Source: Eledone cirrhosa
Taxonomy: Eukaryota
Assembly (NCBI GenBank): GCA_964016885.1
Contig: OZ024746.1
Span: 97,836,001-97,900,000, forward strand
Direction: 5' to 3'
DNA: 64,000 bases
The notes under the pieces are model-generated. The model was not told the origin of the DNA. It made no database searches and saw only the letters and a list, made by a program, of their open reading frames with translations. Below are positions 1-13,384 of the stretch, piece by piece (position 1 is the first letter of the stretch; each line of letters begins with the position of its first letter). A program made the position numbers and the translations under genes.

Positions 1-44
1 GGAAGGTATATATTAGGTTAACGCTTGATATAGCAGGAAGAGAG

Positions 45-80
45 TCTTAACGTTTCGGACGCTAGTCCTTCATCAGAAGA
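45..80 (-). ncRNA. Minimal type I hammerhead ribozyme motif
   Basis: Minus strand reads TCTT-CTGATGA-A-GGAC tagc GTCC-GAAA-CG-TT-AAGA. Stem I TCTT/AAGA; stem II GGAC/GTCC; palindromic loopless stem III (AACGTT); NUH=GUU. Confidence 0.7.
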
Positions 81-410
81 AAGAATGAGAAATAAAATAG
101 ATTGAGGGGATGGGCGGGATGGAATAGATATATACATATAGTTCAAGGAGAAACAAAACAACAAACAGGGGCACAAAAAGTCTTAGTTGCACGCTTTATA
201 TTGGAAAGAGGAAAGAAAATTCGACGTGTCGGGCTTAAGCCCTTCTTCAGGTGTACAAAATAGAGACAGGATCACAATGTAGAAACAGAAAAAACGTCTA
301 GTAAAGACACAAAGAAACGAAAATATATCAAATTAAATGTCGAGTTAAAAACTCACAATATTCCCTTATAATCGAATAAGTTCAAGGAAGAAATTCCGAG
401 CTCTTTATAA

Positions 411-615
411 CAGGCGTGTGAAACTGTGGGTCCCCAGAGGGCCACCTGGGTCACATATGTGTTGTCTGAGGGCCACACATGACAACTAATTCCGCACATT
501 ACAACTAATTTTTTTAAATTAATATTACGCTCGCGCTGTAAAAACCTGTGTGCGGGTCACAGGTGTGCTTGTAAAGGGCCACATGCGGCCTTCAACGTGC
601 CGTTTGATACCTGCT
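411..615. mobile_element. Probable hAT-type MITE remnant
   Basis: Starts CAGGCGTGTGAAAC and has internal GGGCCAC repeats typical of hAT non-autonomous ends; TIRs degenerate. Confidence 0.4.
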
Positions 616-1279
616 TTGTAACACAGTAAAGAGAGAAATACATACGTGTGTGTGTGTGTGTGCAAATAATAAAGGACATAAAACCGGCAATTCAGTACCT
701 TCAACTATCTTGACAGAAGAATCGACCCCAAAACTGAACTGGTTCTTTACCGAACCTAACAAGGTGAAATGCAAAGCTTACCTTGGCGAGGTTTTATAGA
801 CAGAGAGGGAGACGAGAAGAGAGAGCTGAAACAAATAGCTTGTGGCATTTTATACGACTACCTACTGACTGTCTGTTTGCTGCTGTTTAATAGTTAAAAT
901 TACGTTAAAAAAAAACTGTTATACTTTTCAAATCAAACATTTCAGATTTGTTTTCTAGAAACCCACAGTTTTTCTTTTATGTCTATTCTTGTTTTGTAAA
1001 ACCTCAGCATAGTATTCCCAAAAGTAACGCCGAAGTTAACTTTGCCTTTCATCCTTACGGGGTCGATAAAATAAAGTACCAGTAATACACTCGGGTAATA
1101 GCTGGCCTTGTGCCAAAAGTATAAACAATTATATTACATTAAGTTATCTCAGCAGTGACACGAAATTCTCTAAACACAAAAGAAACCTTCTATGAAACTG
1201 AATAAACCTATACAGGTGTCAGCTGTAATAACAACAAAGAAGAGAAATATCATAGCACCAGTAAATCTACTGATTTAAA

Positions 1280-1490
1280 GGTTCGAGACGTTGAGGGAGT
1301 CGGGCTACTGACTGCGAAGTTTTTATCTTCACTGGCGGCTCGCCTAACACAGGTAATTGGTGATTGGTTGTTCAAGCGCATCAGTCTCGCCATCACCCGA
1401 GGTAACTGGTGATGCTCGTGAGGGCGCTTGGTTGTTCCAGCGAATCAGCCTCGCCATCACCCGAGGTAATGCTGCGAGTGTGTTGGCTTG
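1280..1490 (+). pseudogene. 3' fragment of CRE-type (RLE) non-LTR retrotransposon
   Basis: Translates to ...WLFQRISLAITRGNA..., the same C-terminal motif as the 31020-31712 fragment, with a local duplication. Related fragment at about 33675-33810. Confidence 0.55.
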
Positions 1491-2809
1491 CCTCAAAAAT
1501 TATTAGAGAGGTTTCCCAATGCTCCTCGCGATATTGTTATCTTTTGCGGTTCGTTTGTCCACTCCTTTCGCCTGCCTTTTGTTGTATGTGGTCCTAGATG
1601 TGTGTGTTACCTGATTGTGTTGTATGTGGTCCTAGATGTGTGTATAACCTGCTTGTGTGTTGTATGTGGTCCTAGTTGTGTATAATACCTGCTTATGTTT
1701 ATTTCTCTTTCTTTTTTCCTTTTCTTTGTATATGTTATTTTGGTTTGGATTTTTGTTTTCTAAGCATTATCAAAAAATAAAAAATAAAAAAATAATAAAA
1801 ATAAAAGATACTTAATTACACTATGTAATTCAGATCAAATGACGGGTAAAAAGAATCGTTAGAGACAAATTCAATTGCGATGATAATTTGTGATAATTCG
1901 ATTTGTCTCAGGACTTACTCATATTATTAGTGATTGTTGAAGTTTAACTGAACAGCGGGATTCTGAGAGGAATTTTATAAGGAACCACAAAGTTTCTTTC
2001 TCAGACCTCCTGAACTTCTGTGCCTGTTTGTACACAAACATCATCTGAAATCCGAGGAAATTCCCATGTCCAGGGTACAATGTACCAATTGTACGCCACT
2101 CCTTTGGTTCATGGTCAGCATAGATGAATAGGCCCTTATGATACATGGAGGTGCATTTCATCGAAAGAGTAGGCTGGATTTTTGCGTTAATCCTGGTGGC
2201 TTTAGGCCTCCCTGTTTCGCTGGCCTAATGCTGGTTGAACACGGTGCGGAATTTGAATTCAGAACAGATATCGCTAAGCATCTCATCTGACGTTTTAACA
2301 GTTCCACCACTCCATCATTTGTCATTGGTATGGAACTTTATTTATCGACCCTTAAAGAATGAAAGACAAATTTGACCAGGCAAAATTTGAAATCAGAGTG
2401 CAAAGAGCCGGACGATTTCTGCAAGCTATTTAATCTGACACTAACAACTCGGCCATTTCACCGTCTTTGTTGTAATGATGTTTTCAGAATGAACAAGAGA
2501 GAAACATAATTATCTCCCCATGGCTAAATATCATGGAGGAAATAAATATCAAGAAATTGGTGAGAGTGTAGACCAGAGCTTCTCAAAGAGGGCGTTACCG
2601 ACCTCTGAGGGGCGTTGAGAAGGTCCAGGGGGCGGTGCGGCCTAAGGGGGCGGTGGGGTGGTAGAGATGATATAATAGTATATTAAATATCAAATTATAT
2701 ATATTATATATAAATGTAGTAAAATAAAAAAAAATACATACATAATACTTATTTAGACATAGTATATATTATATATTTTATTATAAAATTAGAATTGGTG
2801 CTCTGAAAT

Positions 2810-3305
2810 ATATACAGTGTATTTTGCAATACACTGTATGCTTAATTAAAAGCATTTTGAAGACCATACGCTATTGTTTTAAAGTAGCGACAATGTCGCT
2901 TACTTAAATGTTCAGCAAACAAGGGGAGATAAGCTGACAGAGCTCTGTTTCGTACTTTTTGGTACTTATCAAAGCTCACTACTCTCCTTGTTTGCTGAAA
3001 ATTATGTGTGTTGGATTCTTATAGAACTCCAGTAATAATCAGGAACTCGGTGACCGCTCTGTATAATCAGTTCCTGATTGTTACTGGAATTCTATAAGAA
3101 TCCAACATACATAATTTTCAGCAAACGGGGAGAGTAGTGAGCTTTAATAAGTACCAAAAAGTACGAAACAGAGCTCTGTCAGCTTATCTTCCCTTGTTTG
3201 CTGAAAATTTAAGTAAGCGACATTGTCGCTACTTTAAAACAATAGCGTATGGTCTTCAAAATGTTTTTAATTAAGCATACAGTATATTGCAAAATACATT
3301 ATATA
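2810..3305. mobile_element. Fold-back HHR element, diverged relative of the 310-bp repeat
   Basis: Inverted arms of about 230 bp (about 2817-3047 / 3069-3298), each with an HHR motif; shares blocks (CATTTTGAAGACC, CTTATAGAA, CAGGAACT) with the 310-bp unit. Confidence 0.7.
2929..2979 (-). ncRNA. Type I hammerhead with U3-A8 core variant
   Basis: Minus strand GTGAGCT-TTGATAA-GTAC caaaaa GTAC-GAAA-CAGAGCTCTG-TC-AGCTTAT; NUH=GUC. The plus-strand copy at 3137-3187 has TTAATAA (G5 lost). Confidence 0.7.
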
Positions 3306-4833
3306 TACATTCATATTTTATTATATAAATTAACGATTTTATTTATATATTATTTACAATTTGCGCGTACGTAGGTCTCTCTGGAAATAGGGGTGGAGGC
3401 GCTGAGGGTATTACGTGGCCGTGAGGAGGTCGGTGGCCCCAAAACTTTGAGCATCTCTAATGTAGACGATAGGGCAAAATGGAGGAGCTTTTCTTGTTAT
3501 CGAGCTCACTTTGTAAATCGTTATTCATATGTTATGCATTTTTTTAAAGAATGAGGTTGAATACTGTTATTTAGATGTAGAGCTTGCTATCAGACATGGT
3601 CTGTTGAACAAGCTGATAGCTATGTCAATTCACCGTAAATGTTATAAAAAATAGCTTCAAACGAAATCACGAAATTATTTATTTCTCTTTCCATAAAATA
3701 TTTTAGGGTTCATGGTGATACGAACAAAAGAAAATGGCGGTGTTTGGATTATGCACCCGTTCTCTAAACCTTTTTGTGTGTCTTTTTTTAAATTAAAAAA
3801 AATATGAAATGAAAGAGTTCAGGTTTTTATGGTTTGAAGATCAGAGATTTCGAAATAGCAAATAAAATATTTCGACAAAATATTTTCATAGTTATACTTA
3901 CCCCATAAAAGATTCTATTAAAACCTCGGATCTGCCGTTTTACTGTCAGTTATTTTGTGAGGATTCAAAATAGCGATTGCACGAATAGAAATATCGAAAA
4001 ATTGAGCAAATAAGGCGATTGTGCAAATTTTACAAGCTTGTTGCCATCGACGAGATGTGTATGGTCATAAAAACGTTTTTTTAACAATCTCGAAAGTATC
4101 TTGGTGTTATTTGGAGATGCTCAAAATATAAAAAAAAGACTAAGTTGTTTAGTTTAAGTGAAGTATTATGAAACATGTTGAAACAGGAGTTGCCGGAAGT
4201 TGAATAGCTATTGCGACAATACCAGTCTGTGTATGGCATACGAAATCTCCAGACAGGAGTTCAGTTCACCACTACACGCCATTTGTTTTTTTCCCAAAAA
4301 GGGCCTTAACTCCGATAATGAAGTAAAACGTAAGTGTAAACTGTTATTTTATCTTACTTTACTACTATGTTAATCTCTTCATTCCTAATTTACATTGTAC
4401 CGGCTTTCCGTTAACAGTTTCCATAAGACAGCTTATAGAATTGGTATTTACCTAGTTCCCTGAACGCCATTTTCTGTTTAGCGACTGTAAATCCCCCTAA
4501 TTTAGTAAGTCGCGTTTATCACGACAGCCAAATCGAAGCCTAATTCGGAGCCAAGAAAGACTAACATCCTAAGCGCTATTATACAGAATGGATCTTTGCC
4601 TAGTTTCCTAAACTCCATTGTCTAGAATGGATGATTGTATAACTTCCTAAATACCGTTGGCTAGAATGGGCGCTTGCTTGTTTCCTAAACACCAGTATCT
4701 AGATAACTATAAATCTTCGAACCCTAATCAATTTGCAGATTTAAAAATTGAAGTTCCAAATGACATAATCTGAGAACGTGTGTTGAAGCTAAATCAGCTG
4801 CATCATGACAATAGAAACTATTAAATTAACTTC

Positions 4834-4856
<23 letters not shown>

Positions 4857-4864
<8 letters not shown>

Positions 4865-4868
4865 TGTA

Positions 4869-4950
<82 letters not shown>

Positions 4951-4953
4951 CGT
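4857..4953. repeat. (TATG)n/(TG)n microsatellite
   Basis: Direct reading. Confidence 0.95.
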
Positions 4954-5325
4954 GTTAAGCATCGTTAGACTATTAATTCAGGATTTGGATGATGAGATTT
5001 CCAAAGAAATACAAGAATCAGAGACAATGCAGTAAAGAAATTGAAGAGGGTTTGTTTTTTGTTTTAAGATATTTTAAAGAAATAAAGAGAAAGTTATTTT
5101 ATCTCAGGGAACGCAAAAAAAGTACTTAATTTTGCTATATAAACCTGATATTTTTTTTTTTTCACCAACAAAAAATGAAGAGGTTTTTCGAAGAGATCTT
5201 TAAAAACGAAAATATTTTGTTTTTTTCCGGGGAGACATGCAAAAATCGTTGATTAATTGAGTAGAAACGTCTTGATTTTTTTTCTGACATCAAGCAACAT
5301 AAAAGCGGATTTAAAATATAGTTCA

Positions 5326-5847
5326 CTATCAGTGGTACCCGGCGTTGCACGGGATAAGGTATTTTGGAACGCGGGCCGCCAACAGACCTAATCGTGGAAA
5401 AACTGCATGCCTGGACAATATGTAAAGAAAATAAACCGAATAATCTTTAAGATTTTCCTCGATGAAGCAGGAAAAATGCAGGTTTTCACCTAATGCGGGC
5501 CCTAGGGATCAAGAAAATGAATTTTGCCTTGAAATTTCGGGAAAATCGGCTAGATGTAACGCCTCAAAAAAGCCCTAAAAGGCTTAAAAAATGAAGTTTT
5601 TCAAATAATGCGGGCCCTGGGCCATAAAAAAGTTGGATTTTCTGTGTTCACTGTATGAAGAAGAGACTGACTAATATATAGTTAGAATTTCAAGGAAATC
5701 GGTCTGATGTAACGCCTAAGAAAAAACCTAAAAAGCTGAAAAAACGCAGTTTTTCACCTAATGCGGATCCTAGGCCATAAAAAAGTTGGATTTTCTTTGC
5801 TCACAGTATGAAGATCTAACATCTCGTCCTTTGTATTATTATTATTA
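5326..5847 (+). mobile_element. Possible non-autonomous Helitron/DINE-like element with internal repeats
   Basis: 5' ACTA...CCCGGCGTTGCACGGG hairpin; three internal copies of TTTTCA(C)C(T)AATGCGG.CC blocks; ends before (ATT)n. Confidence 0.4.
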
Positions 5848-5860
5848 CGAGAGAGAGAAG

Positions 5861-6082
5861 GGTGATGGCTTGGCAGTATCAATAAAGGGTCGGACGCCAT
5901 GCTTTGCAGCATAGAGTTATGGCCCTTTATGATCCGAGTTCAAATCCGGCCGAGGTTAAGTTTGCCTTTCATCCTTACGAGTTCGATAAAATAAATTACC
6001 AGTCATGCACTGGGGTTGATTTAATCGACTTTCCCCTCTCCCAAAAGTGGCCTTGTGTCTATATATAAGAAACCATTATTAT
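5861..6082 (+). mobile_element. tRNA-derived SINE family A (Meta-SINE-like core)
   Basis: Box B GAGTTCAAATCC, core TTTGCCTTTCATCCTTACGGGGTCGATAAAATAAAGTACCAG, (ATT)n tail. Other copies at about 1026-1130, 6286-6440, 36280-36422 and 56510-56620. Confidence 0.8.
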
Positions 6083-6482
6083 AAGAGAGAGAGAGAGAGA
6101 AAGAGAGAGAGCAAAATAGCGGACTAAATTTAATAAAACACTGAAATTACCAAAATGGAATATTTCCCTTATTTATAATTTGTGGGTTAACAATTATTTT
6201 TCGTAATAGTAATTCCTCCCTATTTCTCGTTCTCATACACACTTGTTATAGCGTGAGATTTTGGCGTTGTTACGATAACTACTTAGGCGGTGAATTGCCA
6301 GTGTCTTTAGAACGTAGGATAGAATGCTTTGCAGTATTCGTTTCGGTTCTGCTTTATAAGTTCAAATCCCGCTGAGGTCAAATTTGCCTTTCATTCATTT
6401 AAGGTCGATGAAAAAAATAACAGTCTAATATTGGGGTGGATTCTTCCTCTCTCTCTCATATATATATCGGGATTACCACCCT

Positions 6483-6484
6483 TG

Positions 6485-6550
<66 letters not shown>

Positions 6551-6634
6551 AATATATATATATATATATATATATATGTATAATATATATATATATATAT
6601 ATATATATGTATAATATATATATATATATATATG

Positions 6635-6672
<38 letters not shown>

Positions 6673-6711
6673 AATATATATATATGTATAATATATATAT
6701 ATATATATATG

Positions 6712-6751
<40 letters not shown>

Positions 6752-6779
6752 AATATATATATATATATATATATATATG

Positions 6780-6849
<70 letters not shown>

Positions 6850-6904
6850 AATATATATATATATATATATATGTATAATATATATATATATATATATATA
6901 TATG

Positions 6905-6950
<46 letters not shown>

Positions 6951-6999
6951 AATATATATATATATATATATAATATATATATATATATATAATATATAT

Positions 7000-7046
<47 letters not shown>

Positions 7047-7064
7047 AATATATATATATATATG

Positions 7065-7100
<36 letters not shown>

Positions 7101-7239
7101 AATATATATATATATATATGTATAATATATATATAATATATATATATATATATGTATAATAATATATATATATATATATATATATATGTATAATATATAT
7201 ATATATATATGTATAATATATATAATATATATATATATG

Positions 7240-7300
<61 letters not shown>

Positions 7301-7354
7301 AATATATATAATATATATATATATGTATTATATATATATATATATATATATATG

Positions 7355-7386
<32 letters not shown>

Positions 7387-7411
7387 AATATATATAATAT
7401 ATATATATATG

Positions 7412-7469
<58 letters not shown>

Positions 7470-7608
7470 AATATATATATATATATATGTATAATATATA
7501 TATATATATGTATAATATATATATATATATGTATAATATATATATATATATATATGTATAATATATATATATATATATATATATATGTATAATATATATG
7601 TATATATG

Positions 7609-7646
<38 letters not shown>

Positions 7647-7942
7647 AATATATATATATATGTATAATATATATATATATATATGTATAATATATATATA
7701 TATATATGTATAATATATATATATATATATGTATAATATATATATATATATATATTTAATATATATATATATGTATAATATATATATATATATATGTATA
7801 ATATATATATATATATATATATATATTTAATATATATATATATGTATAATATATATATATATATGTATAATATATATATATATATATATGTATAATATAT
7901 ATATATATATATATGTATAATATATATATATATATATGTATA

Positions 7943-7974
<32 letters not shown>

Positions 7975-7986
7975 TATATATATATG

Positions 7987-8018
<32 letters not shown>

Positions 8019-8044
8019 AATATATATATATATGTATAATATAT

Positions 8045-8095
<51 letters not shown>

Positions 8096-8127
8096 AATAT
8101 ATATATATATGTATAATATATATATAT

Positions 8128-8160
<33 letters not shown>

Positions 8161-8428
8161 GTATAATATATATATATATGTATAATATATATATATGTAT
8201 AATATATATATATATATATGTATAATATATATCTCTATATATATATATATAATATATATCTATATATATATATATAATATATATCTATATATATATATAT
8301 AATATATATATATATGTATATATAATATATATATGTATGTATAATATATATATATGTATAATATATATATATATATATGTATAATATATATCTATATATA
8401 TATATATATAATATATATCTATATATAT

Positions 8429-8460
<32 letters not shown>

Positions 8461-8499
8461 ATATATATATATATATAATATAATATATATATATATATA

Positions 8500-8530
<31 letters not shown>

Positions 8531-8638
8531 GTTATATATATATATATGTATAATATATATATGTATAATATATATATATATATATATATGTATAATATAT
8601 ATATATATATATAATATATATCTATATATATAATATAT

Positions 8639-8672
<34 letters not shown>

Positions 8673-8708
8673 ATATATATCTATATATAATATATATCTA
8701 TATATATA

Positions 8709-8761
<53 letters not shown>

Positions 8762-8782
8762 ATATATATATATATAATAATA

Positions 8783-8814
<32 letters not shown>

Positions 8815-9274
8815 TATATATGTATAATATATATATGTATAATATATATATATATATATATGTATAATATATATATATATATATATAATATATATCTATA
8901 TATATAATATATATATATATATAATATATATCTATATATATATATAATATATATATATATGTATAATATATATATATATATAATATATATATATATATGT
9001 ATAATATATATATATATATGTATAATATATATATATAATATATATATATATATGTATAATATATATATATATATAATATATATATATATATGTATAATAT
9101 ATATATATATATGTATAATATATATATATATATATATGTATAATATATATAAATATATATGTATAATATATATATATATATGTATAATATATATATATAT
9201 ATATATATATATGTATAATATATATATACATATATGTATAATATATATATATATATATAATATATATATATATA
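6483..9274. repeat. Giant interrupted (TA)n microsatellite (TGTATAA variant units)
   Basis: Direct reading. Confidence 0.95.
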
Positions 9275-9432
9275 TTGGAATAAATGCTCTGAAATAGCGA
9301 TATATATGTGAATATAGACATAGAATATTCGAAAATATTCTGTATGTTTATAATAAACATTTTGAAGACCTAATCGCTATAGAATAGAATACGTCACGTA
9401 TTACAATTAGATTCTCGATAAAAGCAAGGGAA

Positions 9433-9475
9433 GTAATCTACGCGTTTCATTCTCGTTAGAAATCATCAGGACTAC
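9433..9475 (-). ncRNA. Minimal type I hammerhead (left arm; further copies 9743-9785, 10053-10095)
   Basis: Reverse complement of the 10469-10511 motif. Confidence 0.85.
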
Positions 9476-10468
9476 ATATCCAGTGCTTTTATCGAGAATG
9501 ACACAGCTAGAGACTTATAGAATACTTAGCTGTGTACAGGAACTGGTTTGAAAGAGCGGTTGCCGGTCCGGCAGAAATTAGAAATTGGAATAAATGCTCT
9601 GAAATAGCGATATATATGTGAATATAGACATAGAATATTCGAAAATATTCTGTATGTTTATAATAAACATTTTGAAGACCTAATCGCTATAGAATAGAAT
9701 ACGTCACGTATTACAATTAGATTCTCGATAAAAGCAAGGGAAGTAATCTACGCGTTTCATTCTCGTTAGAAATCATCAGGACTACATATCCAGTGCTTTT
9801 ATCGAGAATGACACAGCTAGAGACTTATAGAATACTTAGCTGTGTACAGGAACTGGTTTGAAAGAGCGGTTGCCGGTCCGGCAGAAATTAGAAATTGGAA
9901 TAAATGCTCTGAAATAGCGATATATATGTGAATATAGACATAGAATATTCGAAAATATTCTGTATGTTTATAATAAACATTTTGAAGACCTAATCGCTAT
10001 AGAATAGAATACGTCACGTATTACAATTAGATTCTCGATAAAAGCAAGGGAAGTAATCTACGCGTTTCATTCTCGTTAGAAATCATCAGGACTACATATC
10101 CAGTGCTTTTATCGAGAATGACACAGCTAGAGACTTATAGAATACTTAGCTGTGTACAGGAACTGGTTTGAAAGAGCGGTTGCCGGTCCGGCAGAAATTA
10201 GAAATTGGAATAAATGCTCTGAAATAGCGATATATATGTGAATATAGACATAGAATATTCGAAAATATTCTGTATGTTTATAATAAACATTTTGAAGACC
10301 TAATCGCTATAGAATAGAATACGTCACGTATTACAATTAGATTCTCGATAAAAGCAAGGGAAGTAATCATCGCCGGACCGGCAACCGCTCTTTCAAACCA
10401 GTTCCTGTACACAGCTAAGTATTCTATAAGTCTCTAGCTGTGTCATTCTCGATAAAAGCACTGGATAT

Positions 10469-10511
10469 GTAGTCCTGATGATTTCTAACGAGAATGAAAC
10501 GCGTAGATTAC
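10469..10511 (+). ncRNA. Minimal type I hammerhead (right arm; further copies 10779-10821, 11089-11131, 11399-11441, 11709-11751)
   Basis: GTAGTC-CTGATGA-t TTCT aacg AGAA t-GAAA-CGCG-TA-GATTAC. 6-bp stem I; palindromic stem III ACGCGT; NUH=GUA; enclosed by a 16-bp helix ATTCTCGATAAAAGCA/TGCTTTTATCGAGAAT. Confidence 0.88.
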
Positions 10512-11873
10512 TTCCCTTGCTTTTATCGAGAATCTAATTGTAATACGTGACGTATTCTATTCTATAGCGATTAGGTCTTCAAAATGTTTATTATAAACAT
10601 ACAGAATATTTTCGAATATTCTATGTCTATATTCACATATATATCGCTATTTCAGAGCATTTATTCCAATTTCTAATTTCTGCCGGACCGGCAACCGCTC
10701 TTTCAAACCAGTTCCTGTACACAGCTAAGTATTCTATAAGTCTCTAGCTGTGTCATTCTCGATAAAAGCACTGGATATGTAGTCCTGATGATTTCTAACG
10801 AGAATGAAACGCGTAGATTACTTCCCTTGCTTTTATCGAGAATCTAATTGTAATACGTGACGTATTCTATTCTATAGCGATTAGGTCTTCAAAATGTTTA
10901 TTATAAACATACAGAATATTTTCGAATATTCTATGTCTATATTCACATATATATCGCTATTTCAGAGCATTTATTCCAATTTCTAATTTCTGCCGGACCG
11001 GCAACCGCTCTTTCAAACCAGTTCCTGTACACAGCTAAGTATTCTATAAGTCTCTAGCTGTGTCATTCTCGATAAAAGCACTGGATATGTAGTCCTGATG
11101 ATTTCTAACGAGAATGAAACGCGTAGATTACTTCCCTTGCTTTTATTGAGAATCTAATTGTAATACGTGACGTATTCTATTCTATAGCGATTAGGTCTTC
11201 AAAATGTTTATTATAAACATACAGAATATTTTCGAATATTCTATGTCTATATTCACATATATATCGCTATTTCAGAGCATTTATTCCAATTTCTAATTTC
11301 TGCCGGACCGGCAACCGCTCTTTCAAACCAGTTCCTGTACACAGCTAAGTATTCTATAAGTCTCTAGCTGTGTCATTCTCGATAAAAGCACTGGATATGT
11401 AGTCCTGATGATTTCTAACGAGAATGAAACGCGTAGATTACTTCCCTTGCTTTTATCGAGAATCTAATTGTAATACGTGACGTATTCTATTCTATAGCGA
11501 TTAGGTCTTCAAAATGTTTATTATAAACATACAGAATATTTTCGAATATTCTATGTCTATATTCACATATATATCGCTATTTCAGAGCATTTATTCCAAT
11601 TTCTAATTTCTGCCGGACCGGCAACCGCTCTTTCAAACCAGTTCCTGTACACAGCTAAGTATTCTATAAGTCTCTAGCTGTGTCATTCTCGATAAAAGCA
11701 CTGGATATGTAGTCCTGATGATTTCTAACGAGAATGAAACGCGTAGATTACTTCCCTTGCTTTTATCGAGAATCTAATTGTAATACGTGACGTATTCTAT
11801 TCTATAGCGATTAGGTCTTCAAAATGTTTATTATAAACATACAGAATATTTTCGAATATTCTATGTCTATATT

Positions 11874-12125
11874 TATATATATATATATATATGTATAATA
11901 TATATATACATATATGTATAATATATATATATATATATGTATAATATATATATATATATATGTATAATATATATATATGTATAATATATATATATATATA
12001 TATATGTATAATATATATATATGTATAATATATATATATATATATATATGTATAATATATATATATGTATAATATATATATATATATATATGTATAATAT
12101 ATATCTATATATATATATATAATAT

Positions 12126-12170
<45 letters not shown>

Positions 12171-12427
12171 TCTATATATATATAATATATATCTATATAT
12201 ATATAATAATATATATATATATATAATATATATATATATATATAATATATAATATATATCTATATATATATATATAATATATATATATATTATAATAATA
12301 ATATATATATATATATAATATAATATATATATTATATTATATAATATATATATATATATAATATAAATCTATATATATATATATATAATATTATATATAT
12401 ATATATAATATAATATATATATATATA

Positions 12428-12474
<47 letters not shown>

Positions 12475-12484
12475 TATATATATA

Positions 12485-12523
<39 letters not shown>

Positions 12524-12530
12524 TATATAT

Positions 12531-12582
<52 letters not shown>

Positions 12583-12586
12583 ATAT

Positions 12587-12639
<53 letters not shown>

Positions 12640-12685
12640 ATATATATATATATATGTATAATATATATATGTATAATATATATAT

Positions 12686-12719
<34 letters not shown>

Positions 12720-12726
12720 ATATATC

Positions 12727-12757
<31 letters not shown>

Positions 12758-12983
12758 ATATATAACATATATCTATATATAATATATATATATATATAAT
12801 ATATATATATATAATATAATATATATATATATATATATAATAATATATATATATATATAATATAATATATATAAATAATAATATATATATATATATAATA
12901 TAATATATATATATATATATAATATAATATATATATAATATAATATATATATAAATATAATATATATATAATATAATATATAT

Positions 12984-13019
<36 letters not shown>

Positions 13020-13251
13020 ATAAATATATATATATATATATGTAATATATATATATATATATGTATAATATATATATATATGTGTATAATATATATATAA
13101 TATAAATATATATAATATAATATATATGTATAATATATATATATATATATATATGTATAATATATATATATATATGTATAATATATATATATATATGTAT
13201 AATATATATATATATAATATATTATATATGTATAATATATATATATATATG

Positions 13252-13287
<36 letters not shown>

Positions 13288-13384
13288 AATATATATATAT
13301 ATATATATATGTATAATATATATATATATATGTATAATATATATATATATAATATAATATATATGTATAATATATATATATATA
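11874..13384. repeat. Interrupted (TA)n microsatellite
   Basis: Direct reading. Confidence 0.95.

Larger units (their letters stand above)
2574..3459. mobile_element. hAT (Charlie-like) non-autonomous element hosting an HHR fold-back insertion
   Basis: Imperfect TIRs CAGAGCTTCTCAAAG / CTTTGAGCATCTCTA; 8-bp TSD gtgtagac (2566-2573) / atgtagac (3460-3467). Confidence 0.65.
9275..11873. mobile_element. 310-bp tandem HHR repeat (retrozyme-like) in head-to-head inverted arrangement
   Basis: Period 310 (TAAATGCTCT at 9281, 9591, 9901, 10211). Left arm 9275-10368 is about 3.5 units, sense on minus. Right arm 10372-11873 is about 4.8 units, sense on plus. Units are essentially identical; I saw one variant at 11147. 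Confidence 0.92.

Noticed and set aside
1919-2161. 80-aa ORF as a host exon
   Set aside because: No recognisable domain or convincing splice context.
9275-11873. CRISPR-like array or plain satellite
   Set aside because: No unique spacers and a eukaryotic context; the ribozyme per unit and the inversion point to retroposition.
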